NCBI RefSeq assembly: GCF_009914755.1
Contig: NC_060926.1
DNA length: 64,000 nt
Source of the DNA: the human T2T-CHM13v2.0 reference genome, Homo sapiens
Strand: one strand, 5' to 3'
The notes beneath the pieces were generated by a model. The model ran no database searches, was not told the origin of the DNA, and saw nothing but the letters and a program-made list of their open reading frames with translations. The position numbers and the translations under genes are program-made. This document shows positions 1 to 16,619 of the stretch, piece after piece (the stretch's first letter is position 1; each line of letters opens with the position of its first letter).

Positions 1-642
1 AAGTGGCTGTGAGATGAATGCCTCCCTTGTCCTTCTTCTTAAAGCCATTGTTGGGGGGCGGTGGTTGCTGTTCAAGTGAATGCCAAAGACTTCCAGCTCA
101 TTTTCAATTATCTTCTTATGTCCCAAAGGTTTCAGGACATCCAGAACAATCAGGATCAAGTTACAGGTTCGGGCCACTGCAATGATCGACGACCTCTACC
201 TTTCCCATCCCTGGCACCTTCAATAATACCTGGGAGATCCAGGAGCTGGATTTTGGCACCTTTGTATCTGATGACACCAGGCACAGTGCTCAGAGTAGTG
301 AATTCATAGGCTGCCACCTCAGAATATACCCCTGCCAGGTTACTAAGCAGTGTCGACTTCCCCACAAATGGAAAACCAACAAATCCAATTCAAGCATCAC
401 CTGTCTCGGCCACATCAAAACCTTCTTCTGCACCTCCACCACCACCACCACCCTTTGGAGTAGTGAGTTCTCGACGAAGCTTAGCAAGACGAGCCTTAAG
501 CAGCCCCAGGTGGTGTGCTGTGGCCTTGTTGAGTCCAAGCCATCTCCTCTTCTGTCTCCGCGATCTTAGCTAGGGTGCTGCTCATCGTGGCGAGTACCCT
601 GTGGCCTCCACACTGACTGTCTCCCTTCACACACCCGTGGGC
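1..642 (-). pseudogene. DRG1: DRG1 (developmentally regulated GTP-binding protein 1) processed pseudogene, 5' part; runs off the window start
   Basis: ATG at 585-583 ([10 protein letters not shown]...), then [27 protein letters not shown] and [13 protein letters not shown] motifs with no introns; frameshift near 530, in-frame TGA at 392-390 (expected Arg), frameshift near 187. Confidence 0.93.
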
Positions 643-786
643 AAACTAGCTCAAGTATAATGCTTTTCAAAAGTAACTCAATGAACTTGGGAGTGTAGGC
701 CTCGGTACAGTGGCCCACAGACCCCTGAGAGCACCATTGTGTGACAGCTCTTCACCGAGAGACACCGCCTTTAAAAACGCGTTTAG

Positions 787-1147
<361 letters not shown>

Positions 1148-1379
1148 CTAAGCACCTAACTTCAGGCTTTGGGGTAAAGAGAGAGAAACACACAGTCTGG
1201 CCTTCCAACAACTCACAGTGTGGGTGGAGAAACGTAAGAAAACAAGCCATTGCAATAATTTGCCATCACCGCCATCATGACCTTGTGCCTGGAGGAGCTG
1301 TCCCTGGAATCTGTCTAGGGAAGCTCCAGGGCTGGCTCCAGGAGACGAGGAGGAACTGGCTGGCCAGAGACAGGGGCAG

Positions 1380-1516
1380 TAGGGTTGTCAGATTTAGCAA
1401 ATAAAAACAGAATGCCCAGTTAAATTTGAATTTCAGATGAACATTTTTTTTTAGTATAAAATGTATAATTATGTCCTATGCAATGTTTGGGATTTATTTA
1501 TACGAAAAAATTTAGT
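1380..1516. mobile_element. MER53-like hAT MITE, truncated
   Basis: agggttgtcagatttagcaaataaaaa...gcccagttaaatttgaatttcagat matches the MER53 terminal sequence. Confidence 0.75.
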
Positions 1517-1879
1517 CGCCCCACCTGTGGCTTTAGGGCCGACTTGTTCAGGAAGGGAAGAGGAAGAGCACAAGAAGGTTTGGTGCAAGAAGATGGGTTC
1601 GGTTCCGGACATGTTTGGCGAAACGGGGCCAGTGGCCACGTGACTGGAGATGTGCGATTCCAGGCTGCAGGATGTCAGGGCTCGGGCTTTAGGGGCGAGG
1701 CCTGGGGTCCGCGGTGGTAGGATGTTATGGGAAGTGCCCTGTGATGAGGCTGCAGGCGGTCGTACATGGCAGTTGAGTGGGATGGGTAGAGTTCTTTCCT
1801 TGTTCGAGAAGGCAGGGTGTGTCTGAGCAATCCTGTTTAGAAAGATCAACTCCAAGTAATTTAGACGAAGAAACTTCTG

Positions 1880-2120
1880 GAGCTGGACGGATCCCCCAGG
1901 GTGCGCCGCGCCTGGACTGGGAAGGGCCCCCGGACCCGCGGCGCAGGGGAGGGCCGGGCCGCCAGGGGGCGCTCTCGGCGGACGGGGCGGGGGTCCCCCT
2001 TGGTGTCTCCCAGGCAGCTTCGCAACAGCCCTGCTGGATTAGGCCCCAATGAGCAAACTGAAGCCCGGGTGGGGAAAGGGCGGGGGGGGGGGGGGCTTGA
2101 GGGCGTCACCCAGGCGGGTC
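1880..2120. promoter_or_regulatory. Small CpG island / GC-box-rich regulatory element
   Basis: Dense CpG and GGGCGG boxes in otherwise CpG-poor DNA. Confidence 0.7.
1956..1974 (+). promoter_or_regulatory. CTCF binding motif
   Basis: gggccgccagggggcgctc is a near-perfect match to the CCRSYAGGKGGCGC core. Confidence 0.8.
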
Positions 2121-2124
2121 AGTT

Positions 2125-2272
2125 GCTTTTTTAAAAAAAATTATTTTTATTTTTTTTATAGGGAAGGCAGGGGCATCTCGCCATGTTTCCCAGGCTGGCC
2201 TCGAACTCCTGGACTCAAGCGAGCCTCCGCCTCGGCCTTCCAAAGTGCTGGGATCACCACCGCGCACAGCCA
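2125..2272 (-). mobile_element. Alu monomer (FLAM-like)
   Basis: ccatgtttcccaggctggcctcgaactcctgg...caaagtgctgggat. Confidence 0.85.
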
Positions 2273-2892
2273 CTTTTGCAGCTTTCTAAGGCCGCCCCCA
2301 GGCCCTTGCCACCCTGCTGCGTGAGCCAGGCTTGGGCCTGTGGGGAGGGCTCTAGGTCACCTGGTGGCTGCCGTTGTGTCTACAGCTGCCTCTTCCTGTG
2401 ACAAAGCTGCCTCTTTGTCTTCCAGGTCCCTTCTCTAGTTTTCTACCCTACTGTAGAAGAGGGTGGGTAATGGAATATAGATGAAGCTGTCACCCTTCCA
2501 AACTCTGGGGGATGACCCCCTCCCTCCTCTGCTCACAGGTGCCTTCCAAGCCCAGACTCCAGTGCTCAAACCAGAACTGACTTTTGAAGGAGCAGGGCAG
2601 AAGAGGACTCCCAGACACCCCTCCTCTTCTCCAGGGCGAGCCCATACACGTGCTTTTGTCCTCATCCCTGCCATAGGAAGGGGCCCACCAGGTGTGACCC
2701 GGCTTTCCAAGGCTTCTGGCCATAAAAGGCCAGGGGTGGGAATAAAGCAAGAAAGAGATGAGACTCCGCCCATGTCTCGGGGAGCCCCTCAGCTCTGTAA
2801 CTGGCACTGCTACCTCCCCTGCCTCCAGTCCCTCTCTACTGCTGCTCTGCCAGCCTGTGCTGGGTCCTCCACACCACCGCACTTGTCACTCA

Positions 2893-3338
<446 letters not shown>

Positions 3339-3588
3339 TGAAACCTGACGCAAAGTAGTTGCTCAATAAATAAGACTATGAAAATGCACTGGCTGCTGCA
3401 CCCACCTTGCTCTCAATCCCCCAAAGCCATCCCCTCATCCTCTTCATTTTACCTTTCCCTTCCAAGCCCAAGGCACTGATTAGTTTTGAAATCTTGATTC
3501 CTGTCTAGATTTAAAGGCTTTGAGTTAGGAATTACTTTTTTTCCCTCCCGCCTAGGACCTCATGCCTTCTCAAAAAATAGGTAAGACC

Positions 3589-5560
<1,972 letters not shown>

Positions 5561-5599
5561 AATTTTAAAAATGAAAACTTATTTTAACCAAGTGATGCG

Positions 5600-5815
5600 C
5601 ACGAGTTGCTTTAGTAGCTAACGTGTACCGAGTACTTGCCATGGCGCTTCAGGTCTATTCTCTTTAATCCTTACAATCTCAGCAGGTCACCATTTCCTTG
5701 ACTTACACAAAGAAACTAAGGCTTAAAAGATGAAACCACTTACCTACTAGATATGAAGCTAGTGTTTGGCACCTGGGCAGTCTAATTCTAGAGCCCAAAC
5801 TCTGAATCATTACTT
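5600..5815. mobile_element. MIR fragment
   Basis: tttaatccttacaa...gaaactaaggctta...ggcagtctaattctagagccca MIR core pattern. Confidence 0.6.
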
Positions 5816-6424
5816 TCTGATGCCCAAGAAAGTTTGAATCAATCTTTCTGTTGATCTTTCTGTTGTTGGGTTTTCCGGTAAAAACTGGAAAACCTGCTAG
5901 ACAAATTCTAAAAGAGCACTGACATTTGAATACATTTTAATCCAGCCAATTGCTTTCCCTTAAACTACCAAATACAAGACTATTTCACCTGGTTTTAATT
6001 CTTGGTAAATATATTTTTTAAAAGTTCTATGGCACTTCCGCCTCCGCTGAGGTGGTGCCAGAGCCACAGTCATGAGTTGCTTCAAGTTTATCGGTAAAAG
6101 GAGCGTTTTCCCAACTCACTGGGTCGTTCTGATCGGTCCAGGGTGTTGCTCACCAAGGCCACAGGGCCCAGAACTTGAGCTCTCCGGCTTTGTAAGGGTT
6201 GAAAGGGCCACTCAGTGGAAGAGGGTGCAGGAAGGTTTCTGGGTGCTGGTAATGTTCTGGTTCTTGATCTAAATCCTGGATTCATGAGTATTTATTTGTG
6301 AAAATTAACAAGCCGTACAGTTATGATTTTTTTGTGCTCTTTCAAAAAAAAAAGTTCTGTGTATGGAACATAGCAGAAACTGGAGAAACTGCCTACAGGA
6401 GCTATCTTGGGCTGTCTTGTCCTA

Positions 6425-6747
<323 letters not shown>

Positions 6748-7411
6748 TCAGCCACAAGGTTCTGTGGGAAAGTCAGGATAGGACCCTACAAGTAACAAAG
6801 GTCCAGTCCAGTCCTGGCCCCACTCCCCTCTGCAGCGCAGTGCTTAGAACAGCCTCCTAGGGGTGAGCCCTGAAGCCTCAGCACTCTTTTCCTGCTCAGC
6901 TCCCTGTTCATAGACACATTTTCTAATTTCTACCAGGCAATTCTACCAGGCATGTTAAGCTAGGTACTTTTAAGTGAGGTAGGGAAGGTGGACAATGAAT
7001 ATGGCTCCTTTAGGGGTTTCTTTGTCCTCTGCTGCTTTAAAATCTTCCAGAGAAAGTGTCATCGAGGGCATCTAGTCCCAGGTGAATTTAGGAAACTGCT
7101 TTCCTTAGGTTGGTAAGCCAGGGTGCGAAGATGTGGTATTTCCTTGTTAAGACCTTTTAAATTTCAATACAATGTGAGGTAGTATGTCAATAATCCAAGA
7201 GGGTTGCTCAGAAGAGACCCAAACCAAGACAAAATTAAATTTCAGGAAATACAATGTGTATGGTGACATTTCTTTTTCCCACTTAGCTTTATGCAGGTTT
7301 CCATTTTGGAGTCTATCAAATTGTTCTGGCTTTTTTTCTTTTTATAGCTGTAGAAAGAATGGGAAAAACAGAAATGGTATTAACAAGCGATTCATTAAGA
7401 ATTAGGTTCCA

Positions 7412-7855
<444 letters not shown>

Positions 7856-8273
7856 AGGTTCTAACTATCTTTTTGTATATTCTCCACTGTTAAAACTAAT
7901 GAGTTAAGTAGTATTATCCCTTGATACAGACTAAGGGCTCAAGGTTTAGAAAAGTTCACAAGGTGTGTAAATAAGGTAAACTTTAAATCCACATCTGAAC
8001 TTAAATTGTTTACCTTTAGACAACACTGCCTCCTCGAGTTCATGTGAAAACGGGCTAAAAGTTTTATCCTATGAAGTATGCAGTTATAGGTCCTAAATAC
8101 TAATCAAAGCATGGAATTAATACCATCAGAGGAATCAGTGGCTCCAGAACAGCACCCATGTGTTAAAAATGTTTGTTTTCTTTACGTCGGAGTAAACCTG
8201 AATGGGCAATCAATCTTAAGTTATAACTGAGGTACAGAGGGGTATTTTATCTAGAGAAAAACACAAGACCAGG

Positions 8274-8279
8274 TTTATT
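8274..8279 (-). terminator. Distal poly(A) signal AATAAA
   Basis: Minus strand reads TTGTATGAAATAAACC, with a UGUA element just upstream; repeats resume past this point. Confidence 0.8.
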
Positions 8280-8958
8280 TCATACAATGTTATTCACACA
8301 TTTTTCATTTTCTAATTTATACATAATATACAAAGAAGTGAAGTTAACATTATTTCATATGAACCAATAAGAGCCAGGACTTAGACAAACTGGTCCAGAA
8401 ACAATCCCTATCAAAAGGAGACACTCAAGAGTAAAGCCTAGGTAGTTTTGCCCAATTGTTTTATTCTGAAATGTGATTTTCAGATTTTACCAAAATTTCA
8501 TGCCAACTTACTAAAAGGTAAAAATTGGGGTGGGCACCCAAAATGGCAGACTGTAAAATTTCTACAAGAACAGGTACTTTTGTAGAGCAGGCCTGAAAGT
8601 ATTGGGAAGATTGGGTTGTCAGCACTGGGACAAATGGGAATGAGTATCAGGACCCCAAGAAGAGGGTTTAGTTTCTCAATGTAGTATTCTCTACTTGTCA
8701 TTTTCTAAAATTGCAGAGATAATGCCTGTGCCAACAGAGGGCAAGGATGAAGGAAGACTAGGAATTCAACTGTACAAAGACAGGAAAGCCATTACCAATC
8801 TCCAACATGACAGCTTTGATCCTGAAACCATGGGCTGATACTGAGAACAAAAGTTCGATACGGGCCGAAATACTCTGAGGTTGGTAAAGTAGGAAAAAGT
8901 GAGACAGCGGCTTTGTGTGGGTTTTAAAAAAATGAAACAAACACAAGGCATTGCTGCA

Positions 8959-8965
8959 GTGACTG
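8959..8965 (-). promoter_or_regulatory. miR-134-5p seed match (CAGTCAC)
   Basis: 7-nt complement of the miR-134 seed; miR-134 regulation of Pum2 in neurons is established, but whether this is the functional site is not verified. Confidence 0.5.
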
Positions 8966-10429
8966 GGACATGCTGATGACCCAGAGTGACTATGAGAAGG
9001 AACGGTGACAAGTGTTTGGATTTAATGGTCTCACCAAGGAATGTTGGGTTAGAAAAGTAAAATAACTCAACACCAAACATGAAAAAGTATGCCTGGCATC
9101 CCCAAACTTTATGCCATTATTTTTAGGTTCATAATATGAACAACTAAGTGATAAAACCTTTAGATTCCATATTGTGCTCAGAAGATTGCGTTTCTTCTGC
9201 AGATCTCTAGTAAAAAAAGATCTCTTCCATATTCAGCTGACAGAATAGCATGTTCATTTTAGTTTTCAGCACTGAACATAAGTGGGTCAACATAAATGTT
9301 TATACAAAATACTGACTTCAACAAAATACAAAGCACTTTCTTTATCTTTCAGAAACTGAATATACACAGCAAGTTTTTTTCCAAAATATTTTCATAGGCA
9401 AAGGATTAAAAACGATTTTAATTATACACATATGGTCACAATTTTGCCTTAAAAAGATTGTTGGGAAATGTACATAAGGCCGCTTGTAAATGTACATCGT
9501 GTTACTGTTATGTCTTATGTCCAGAGGAAAAAATGTTATCATACAGATTTGCTCTTACTTGGGAGTAGGCTATTCAAAAATACAGTACTCTTCTGTACAA
9601 AGAAAAAAGTCACATCACATTTAATAAGATGAAAAAAGCATTGGCCTCCATGGTAACCAAATATCTCAGTCCAATACTTTCTATTATGCACAATACCCTG
9701 ACTTCAATTGAAAGTGATCCAAATTCTAGCAGGTCCATATTAACAGTCAACAACTATGTTATAAAACAAAATGATCTCACAATAATAAAAAGAAAGCTGG
9801 TTCATACTTCTGAAACCATATAAAGATAAAAAATTTTTAAAAAATCACTCTCGATTTGGAGAAATAAATTTACATTATACAACACTATATTGCCAGGTCA
9901 AAGAGGGCAGGGACGTAAATGTACACTAAAATGCAAATGTATCCCAAAGAGATAAAACAAATTCCATTTACAGCATGAAGGTTTACAAATGTACACCTGT
10001 ACAACCAAGGAAAGCATCACTACTAAATTAGCAAGGCTTTTATAATAAACATTGAAACAAGATTTCCTTTCAAAGTGTAAACTTACATCTATTACTACAC
10101 ACACAATGCATATATTTATAGAAAGCAAAAAGAGCTATCTGAATATGTAATCATGCTTAAATGCTGAGCTATCAAATTCACTTTTCAGTGGCCCCTTTTC
10201 ATCTCTATCTGGTTCCTACTTTCTGCCTCTATGAAAAAGCAAAATAAAGCTCAACACTTCCTCAACATGTCTGTAATTCTATAAGCAAAACAAAATACAA
10301 ATTTCCACTCTTTCTCATTGCAAACCAAACTGAAAAGTTAATAAGTGACTTAACTTTTCATTTAGTGCACTTAATTGGAAGTGTCACCATGATTTTGTAT
10401 TTAACTCTTACAACAATTACATATGTAAG

Positions 10430-10437
10430 TATATACA
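10430..10437 (-). promoter_or_regulatory. Pumilio response element UGUAUAUA
   Basis: tatataca on + strand = UGUANAUA consensus in the 3'UTR. Confidence 0.8.
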
Positions 10438-10689
10438 ATATTTCTGTACATTGCCAGAGACATTTTAGGGCAGTAATTGTATTAAAACCACATCTACTGT
10501 AAATAATGTTAGGTTCTTTTCATCTCAAACCACTTTATTCTTGTCTACTTACTCGTTATTTGCATGATAGTTTGTGAATTATCAAAATACAACTTAACTC
10601 TTTTTAAAATATTAATAATATTTATGCAGTTGATTGTTAATCTGTTATAAAAGGTTTCACGCAAAGGAAAAAAATAAGGACTATAATTC

Positions 10690-10697
10690 TATATACA
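10690..10697 (-). promoter_or_regulatory. Pumilio response element UGUAUAUA
   Basis: tatataca on + strand = UGUANAUA consensus in the 3'UTR. Confidence 0.8.
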
Positions 10698-11121
10698 TCT
10701 CTATAAACCTGTTGTGCTATGGGGTTGTAGACCTACCAGACTGTGAGCCAGTTTATTAAAAGAATACTGTACTTTTTCCTTTAAAAACTATTTTTGTGAC
10801 TTTACAAGGTAAAAATTTACAAAATATGTGACAGCTTTTTATTTTTGATACAGTTACATCATATACAGGCATTCTGTGCTTTGCCAGCAATCCAATCTGA
10901 TAGGTCTCCACTCAGGGCTGAATATAATTTATAATTCATCCCCCACCCCCCAAATATACACAAGAACCTTAAAAAATTTACAAATGGATGAATAAAGTCA
11001 ATAAATAGTTTTGCTTTAAAAAAAAATTGAAGATTCATAGTTGAGTTGTGTTTTGATAATTCACACACAAAAAAATTCTTTTCACATGGTTAAATTATCT
11101 TCTTTCTCTTGCTCCTGTAAT

Positions 11122-11253
11122 TTACAGCATTCCATTTGGTGGTCCTCCAATAGGTCCTAGGTCCGGGCTATTCTTCAAATAATACTTTTCCAACTTGGCC
11201 AGTATATGCTTCCCGTATGTGTATTTGCGCAAAGTAGTAATGTGAGGTCGAAT
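11122..11253 (-). CDS. PUM2: PUM2 last coding exon ([43 protein letters not shown])
   Basis: ttttcag acceptor, 132 nt, TAA at 11124-11122. Confidence 0.97.
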   Translation of the reverse strand: MRPHITTLRKYTYGKHILAKLEKYYLKNSPDLGPIGGPPNGML

Positions 11254-11734
11254 CTGAAAAACAAATAATCTGCTTAGAAAATCTAAGTCATTTTAGTTTC
11301 TGATTTCTTAAAAAAGCACCCCCAATTCTGGGTAATTTAGAGGAATAACTGCAATTAAAAAAAATTTAAATCCAAAGAAAGCTACTTTTTGCAAAAGCAG
11401 TTGTGATCTGCTCAATCCCTCCAAACATCTGTTCTCGAAATTGTTCAATGAATAAAACACTACATCTAACTATGTCACGTGGAAACAGGCAGAGGCCCCA
11501 AACATAGCAAGAAAGTTACCCAGTAATTCCACATCCAGGAATTTATTCCACCAAAAAAATTACAAAAAGACTTTTGTACAAAGCACTACTTATAACAATT
11601 AAACAATTAGGGAGGATCCAAATATAATAAATATGATACCAGTTAAATAACTAACGCAGCTGTTAAAAATAAGATTGCAATTTTTTATATTCATTAGTTT
11701 ACAGCAGAAACACTCAATTAAAAGATAGGTAGAC

Positions 11735-11960
11735 ACTTAGAGGCCAGTACTTTGGGACCAGACTGGGCAACATAGCGAGACCACATCTCTACAAAATATA
11801 AACAAAACTAAAAGCATGCATGCCTGTAGTCTCAGCTACTAAGGAGACTAAAGTGGGAGGATGGCTTGAGCCAGGAAGTTGAGGCTAGAGTTAGCCGAGA
11901 TTACACCACTGCACTCCAGCCTGTGCAACAGAGACCCTGTCTTGAAAGAAAAAGAAAGGA
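11735..11960 (+). mobile_element. Truncated, diverged Alu
   Basis: Partial Alu consensus. Confidence 0.8.
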
Positions 11961-12359
11961 AAACTTACATCAAGTTGAAGAATGAATTTTAAAAATCAGA
12001 AGACCAAAACACTTTTACAGATGGAAGGAATCCTAAGATATCATTTTTCTCTCTATATGAGGAGACGACCAAAGGGGTTATGTAATTCATGTTTTGTAAA
12101 TGAATTCATTAAGATCAAGAGTATTCAAAATAAGTGTTTTTTTCAGTGTTCTTTCAGTTTTCTTTATAAGTTTTCCTGCTGCAATTACTAATTTCTTAAA
12201 GAATTATTAGATTCTAGGAGGAGGATACAGAGAGGAAACAGCTTAAAGGGAATTTTATGAGTTAGTACTACCTCCCCACAACATAAACACAAAATTCTAC
12301 TTAGAAAAATGTATTAGGTTAAAATCAATGTTCAACCCATGTATTATGGTAAATTAAAT

Positions 12360-12654
12360 GTAGTTTGCCATCTGCATATGTGGATTCAACCACTGATCAA
12401 AAATATTTTTAAAAATGACAAAGTCTGTATTAAACAGATTTTTTACTTATCATTACAGTATGACTATTTACATAGCACTTACACTGTATTAGGTATCGTT
12501 AAGTAATCTTGAGATGAGTATATGGGAGGATATGTTTAGGTTATATGCAAATACTATACGCTATTTTATATAAGGGACTTGAGCATCCGTGAATTTTGGC
12601 ACAGGAGTGGGTGGGTCCTGCAACCAATCCCCCAGTTACTGACGGGCAACTGTA
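12360..12654. mobile_element. MER2-like TcMar-Tigger element
   Basis: gtggattcaacca...ggttatatgcaaatacta...agggacttgagcatcc...gggcaactgta. Confidence 0.75.
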
Positions 12655-12749
12655 CAGTTAAATAAGATGAAGGCAAAAAGAACAATGTAAAACATAGGTA
12701 ACAGATGAGAAATGAATATGATTCCTTAAGAATTTCTTTTGAATGACTG

Positions 12750-13181
12750 ATTTATTTTTTGAGACAGGGTCTTGCTCTGTTGCCCAGACTGGAGTGCACT
12801 GGCATGAACACAGCCCACTGTAGCCTCAACCTCCGGGACTCAGGCGATCCTCCCATCTCAGCTGCCTGAGTAGCTGGGACCACAGGCATGTATCGTCATA
12901 CCCAGCTAATTTTTAAATTTTTTGTAGAGATGGGGGTCTATGTTGTCCAGACTGGTCTTGAACTCCTGGGCTCAAGTGGTCTCCCACCACAGCCTCCCAA
13001 GTAGCTGGGACTAAAGGGTTGCACCATGATGCTTGTCTAATTGTTTTTCTTTTTTTTTTTTTGTAGAGGGAGGGTCTTGCCACATTGCTCAGGCTGGTCT
13101 CAAACTCCTGGGCTCAAGTGATCTTGTCACCTCAGCCTCCCAATCTGCTGGAATTATGGGCAAAAGCCCCCATGCCTGGCC
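12750..13181 (-). mobile_element. Composite AluJ (extra partial arm)
   Basis: Alu consensus with a repeated internal segment. Confidence 0.85.
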
Positions 13182-13358
13182 ATGATAACCTTAAGCATAA
13201 AAATGGAAACCATACCAATATATCTGCCAAAGGATATCCATCGATTTTAATTTTTCCTCCAGTTATAACATACGGGAGGAAATGAAAGCCCAAGGAGGTT
13301 AAATGTGTAGCCTAAACACAAAGACAAACAGTTATCTGAGTGTTACATGCTGTATTAC

Positions 13359-13551
13359 CTTGTGCATGATTATCTTTCTCTGAGCAGGTTCAGCCATATC
13401 AATCATCTTTTGAACCACGTAATTGGCATACTGGTCCTTCATCATGGTGTATAAGGCACTGTGAGGACCATCATTCTGGCAGCAAACCTCGTCAATCAGT
13501 AAAGCTCTCTCAGCACGGGAGGCATGAGTAACACACTTTTCTACTACATTG
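13359..13551 (-). CDS. PUM2: PUM2 exon (S|[12 protein letters not shown]...DQYANYVVQ...KIIMHK), Pum repeats 7-8
   Basis: 193 nt, tttag/gtaata boundaries, phase fits. Confidence 0.97.
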
Positions 13552-13704
13552 CTAAAAATTAAAGCAGATAAACAAAGATTTGTTATTTTTTTCTTCACAG
13601 CAAAATTTCCTTGACTTATAGAAAGAATCTTCTCCAATGAACAATAAAACAGAAGTCAGGATGGGATTCTCTTGTCTTATGATTACTTTTATTTTATTTT
13701 GTTC

Positions 13705-13995
13705 TTTTTTTTTTGAGACAGGGTCTTGTTCTGTCACCCGGGCTGGAGTGCAGTGATGCTATCACCGCTCACTGCAGCCTTGACCTCCCTTGCTGAAGTG
13801 ATTCTCCCACCTCAGCCTCCCCCATAGCTGAGACTACAGGCATGCGCCACCACGCCTGGATAATTTTTTGTAGAGAAAGGATCTCCCTCTATGTTGTCCA
13901 GGCTGATCTCGAATTCCTGGGCTCGACTGATCCTCCTGCCTTGATCTCCCAAAGTGCTGGCTGGGATTACACGTGTGAGACACTGTACCCAGCCA
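13705..13995 (-). mobile_element. Alu (AluJ-type)
   Basis: Dimer consensus. Confidence 0.9.
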
Positions 13996-14382
13996 ATTAC
14001 TTTTATAACAGAAATTGGTATCTTGGAACAACCTACATCATTTTGACATCCACAAGTTTAATTACAGGTCTCTTAAAATTGTACTTCAAAAAAAAGGAAA
14101 CCAGATCATTAAAGCTGTGAGGTTTTCAAGAAACATGTACTAAATAAATCTGCATTTCCAGTGTCGGGAGTAATTATTTTCCAAATACAGATTTCATAAA
14201 TGAACATATGTGGGCAAAACAAATTTGTTATGTAGATTTTTTTAAAAAACAAAAGCAATGTTCTATAGGTGCATTTTAATGATACCAAAAAAAAAAGACT
14301 ACAGTTTAATGCTACATGCTACACGTATTTCTGTGATAACTAATAAAAGTCAATGAGTTGAAAGAATTGACCCTTAAAATTA

Positions 14383-14520
<138 letters not shown>

Positions 14521-14748
14521 CTAAGACAGATATTTAAAAATTACTTTCCCTAAGTCATTCCTTAAGAATGATATTCTTTAAAGACATGTTAATCATTTCA
14601 TCTAAAAATCCAGTAGGATAGTTAGGAGAATACAACAGCCTTTTGTCTCACTCTTGTCTATAGTGTGTTTAGTAACAAATTGTATTTCTTTTAAAAATTA
14701 AAACAATTTCCAAAAATATATAAACATTTCAAATTATTAGGGAATTTA

Positions 14749-14931
<183 letters not shown>

Positions 14932-15546
14932 CTATGAAGCAGACTGGTTTGTTTTTTTTTTTTTGACAACACCTAAAAGCAGTTTGAAATAGAAGGGTGA
15001 TGAACTCACATTTAATATGACTACCACCATGTTAGAAAAGACTGGAGAGTGGGGACAGGGAGCACTCCATTTAGGAGCTGAAGATATTTTGATCAAAAGG
15101 AACCTAACCAGAACTTTACCTGAACCTGAGGTTATGTAACAATGGGAATGAATGGGTGAAAAGAGAAAGGGTAGTTCAGCATTAAGAAATATTAATTACT
15201 ATGTATTAGTTACAAATTGCTATGTGTTTTCTGTCTTATTATACAGTCTTATGTCTTTCTCCAAACCTCCTTCCCTTCTCTGAGTAAACCTGAAAACATC
15301 GTTGGGTATAAATAAAAAACAATTCTAACAGTGATTACCTTTACTTCTTAAAGTAATGTGATTAAACTATTTGTTTTGCAGCTTCAGAAAAATGAAGCTA
15401 TCTACTGACTATGAAAGAGGAAGAAATTAATGTACATTTACTGTTTTGTATCCTATTTTTGTATACAATTGCTGGGTATTATCTAGTGACTCATGAAAAA
15501 CGTGTTGATATTCAAAATTCTAAAATAATGCCCTGCTAACAAATTA

Positions 15547-15726
<180 letters not shown>

Positions 15727-16298
15727 TTAAATTATTACCTCAAACGAGAAAATACTAGTATATTTTATCTCAGTATTAAAAATTAAAAATATTAAAAATC
15801 TCAGTATATTTATCTCAGTATTAAAAATACTGAGATGGGAACACAAATATATTCACAAATATTATTTCCTGTTTGTCAAGGGTTTAAATTTTTTTCTCTT
15901 GTAGTATAATTAGCAGAAACCATTGAAAAGTGAAAATTACTAAAACACACTGCAGGATTATAATGTAAATGATGTATGTTGAAACAACGTAGTGATGCTG
16001 AACTTGCTGTATTTAAACTGTCTTCACTGTGTAAATCATCCGCTAATATTTATCGGGCGGTAACTAACATGACTAATTCAGAATTACACACTTCCGCCTT
16101 ACTTAGTACCACCTCCACCACCAAAGGAATTATTTTTAATGGCTGAGTGAGTTTATCAAGTACATAGAAAAGGCTAAGAAGTTGATGACTACTTATGGGC
16201 TATGATTTTTACATATTATCTCAATAATTCCCTAAGGGAAGAATTAATGTCAGGTATCTTTGTTCTTTTATTAAATGCTCTTATAATAAAGTGCTTAT

Positions 16299-16619
<321 letters not shown>

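Larger units (their letters stand above)
8255..11121 (-). other. PUM2: PUM2 3'UTR (~2.9 kb)
   Basis: Repeat-free AU-rich sequence between the stop codon and the distal AATAAA; exact cleavage site estimated. Confidence 0.85.

Noticed and set aside
156-585. DRG1-like GTPase ORFs as a functional retrogene
   Set aside because: Two frameshifts and a premature TGA disrupt the G domain
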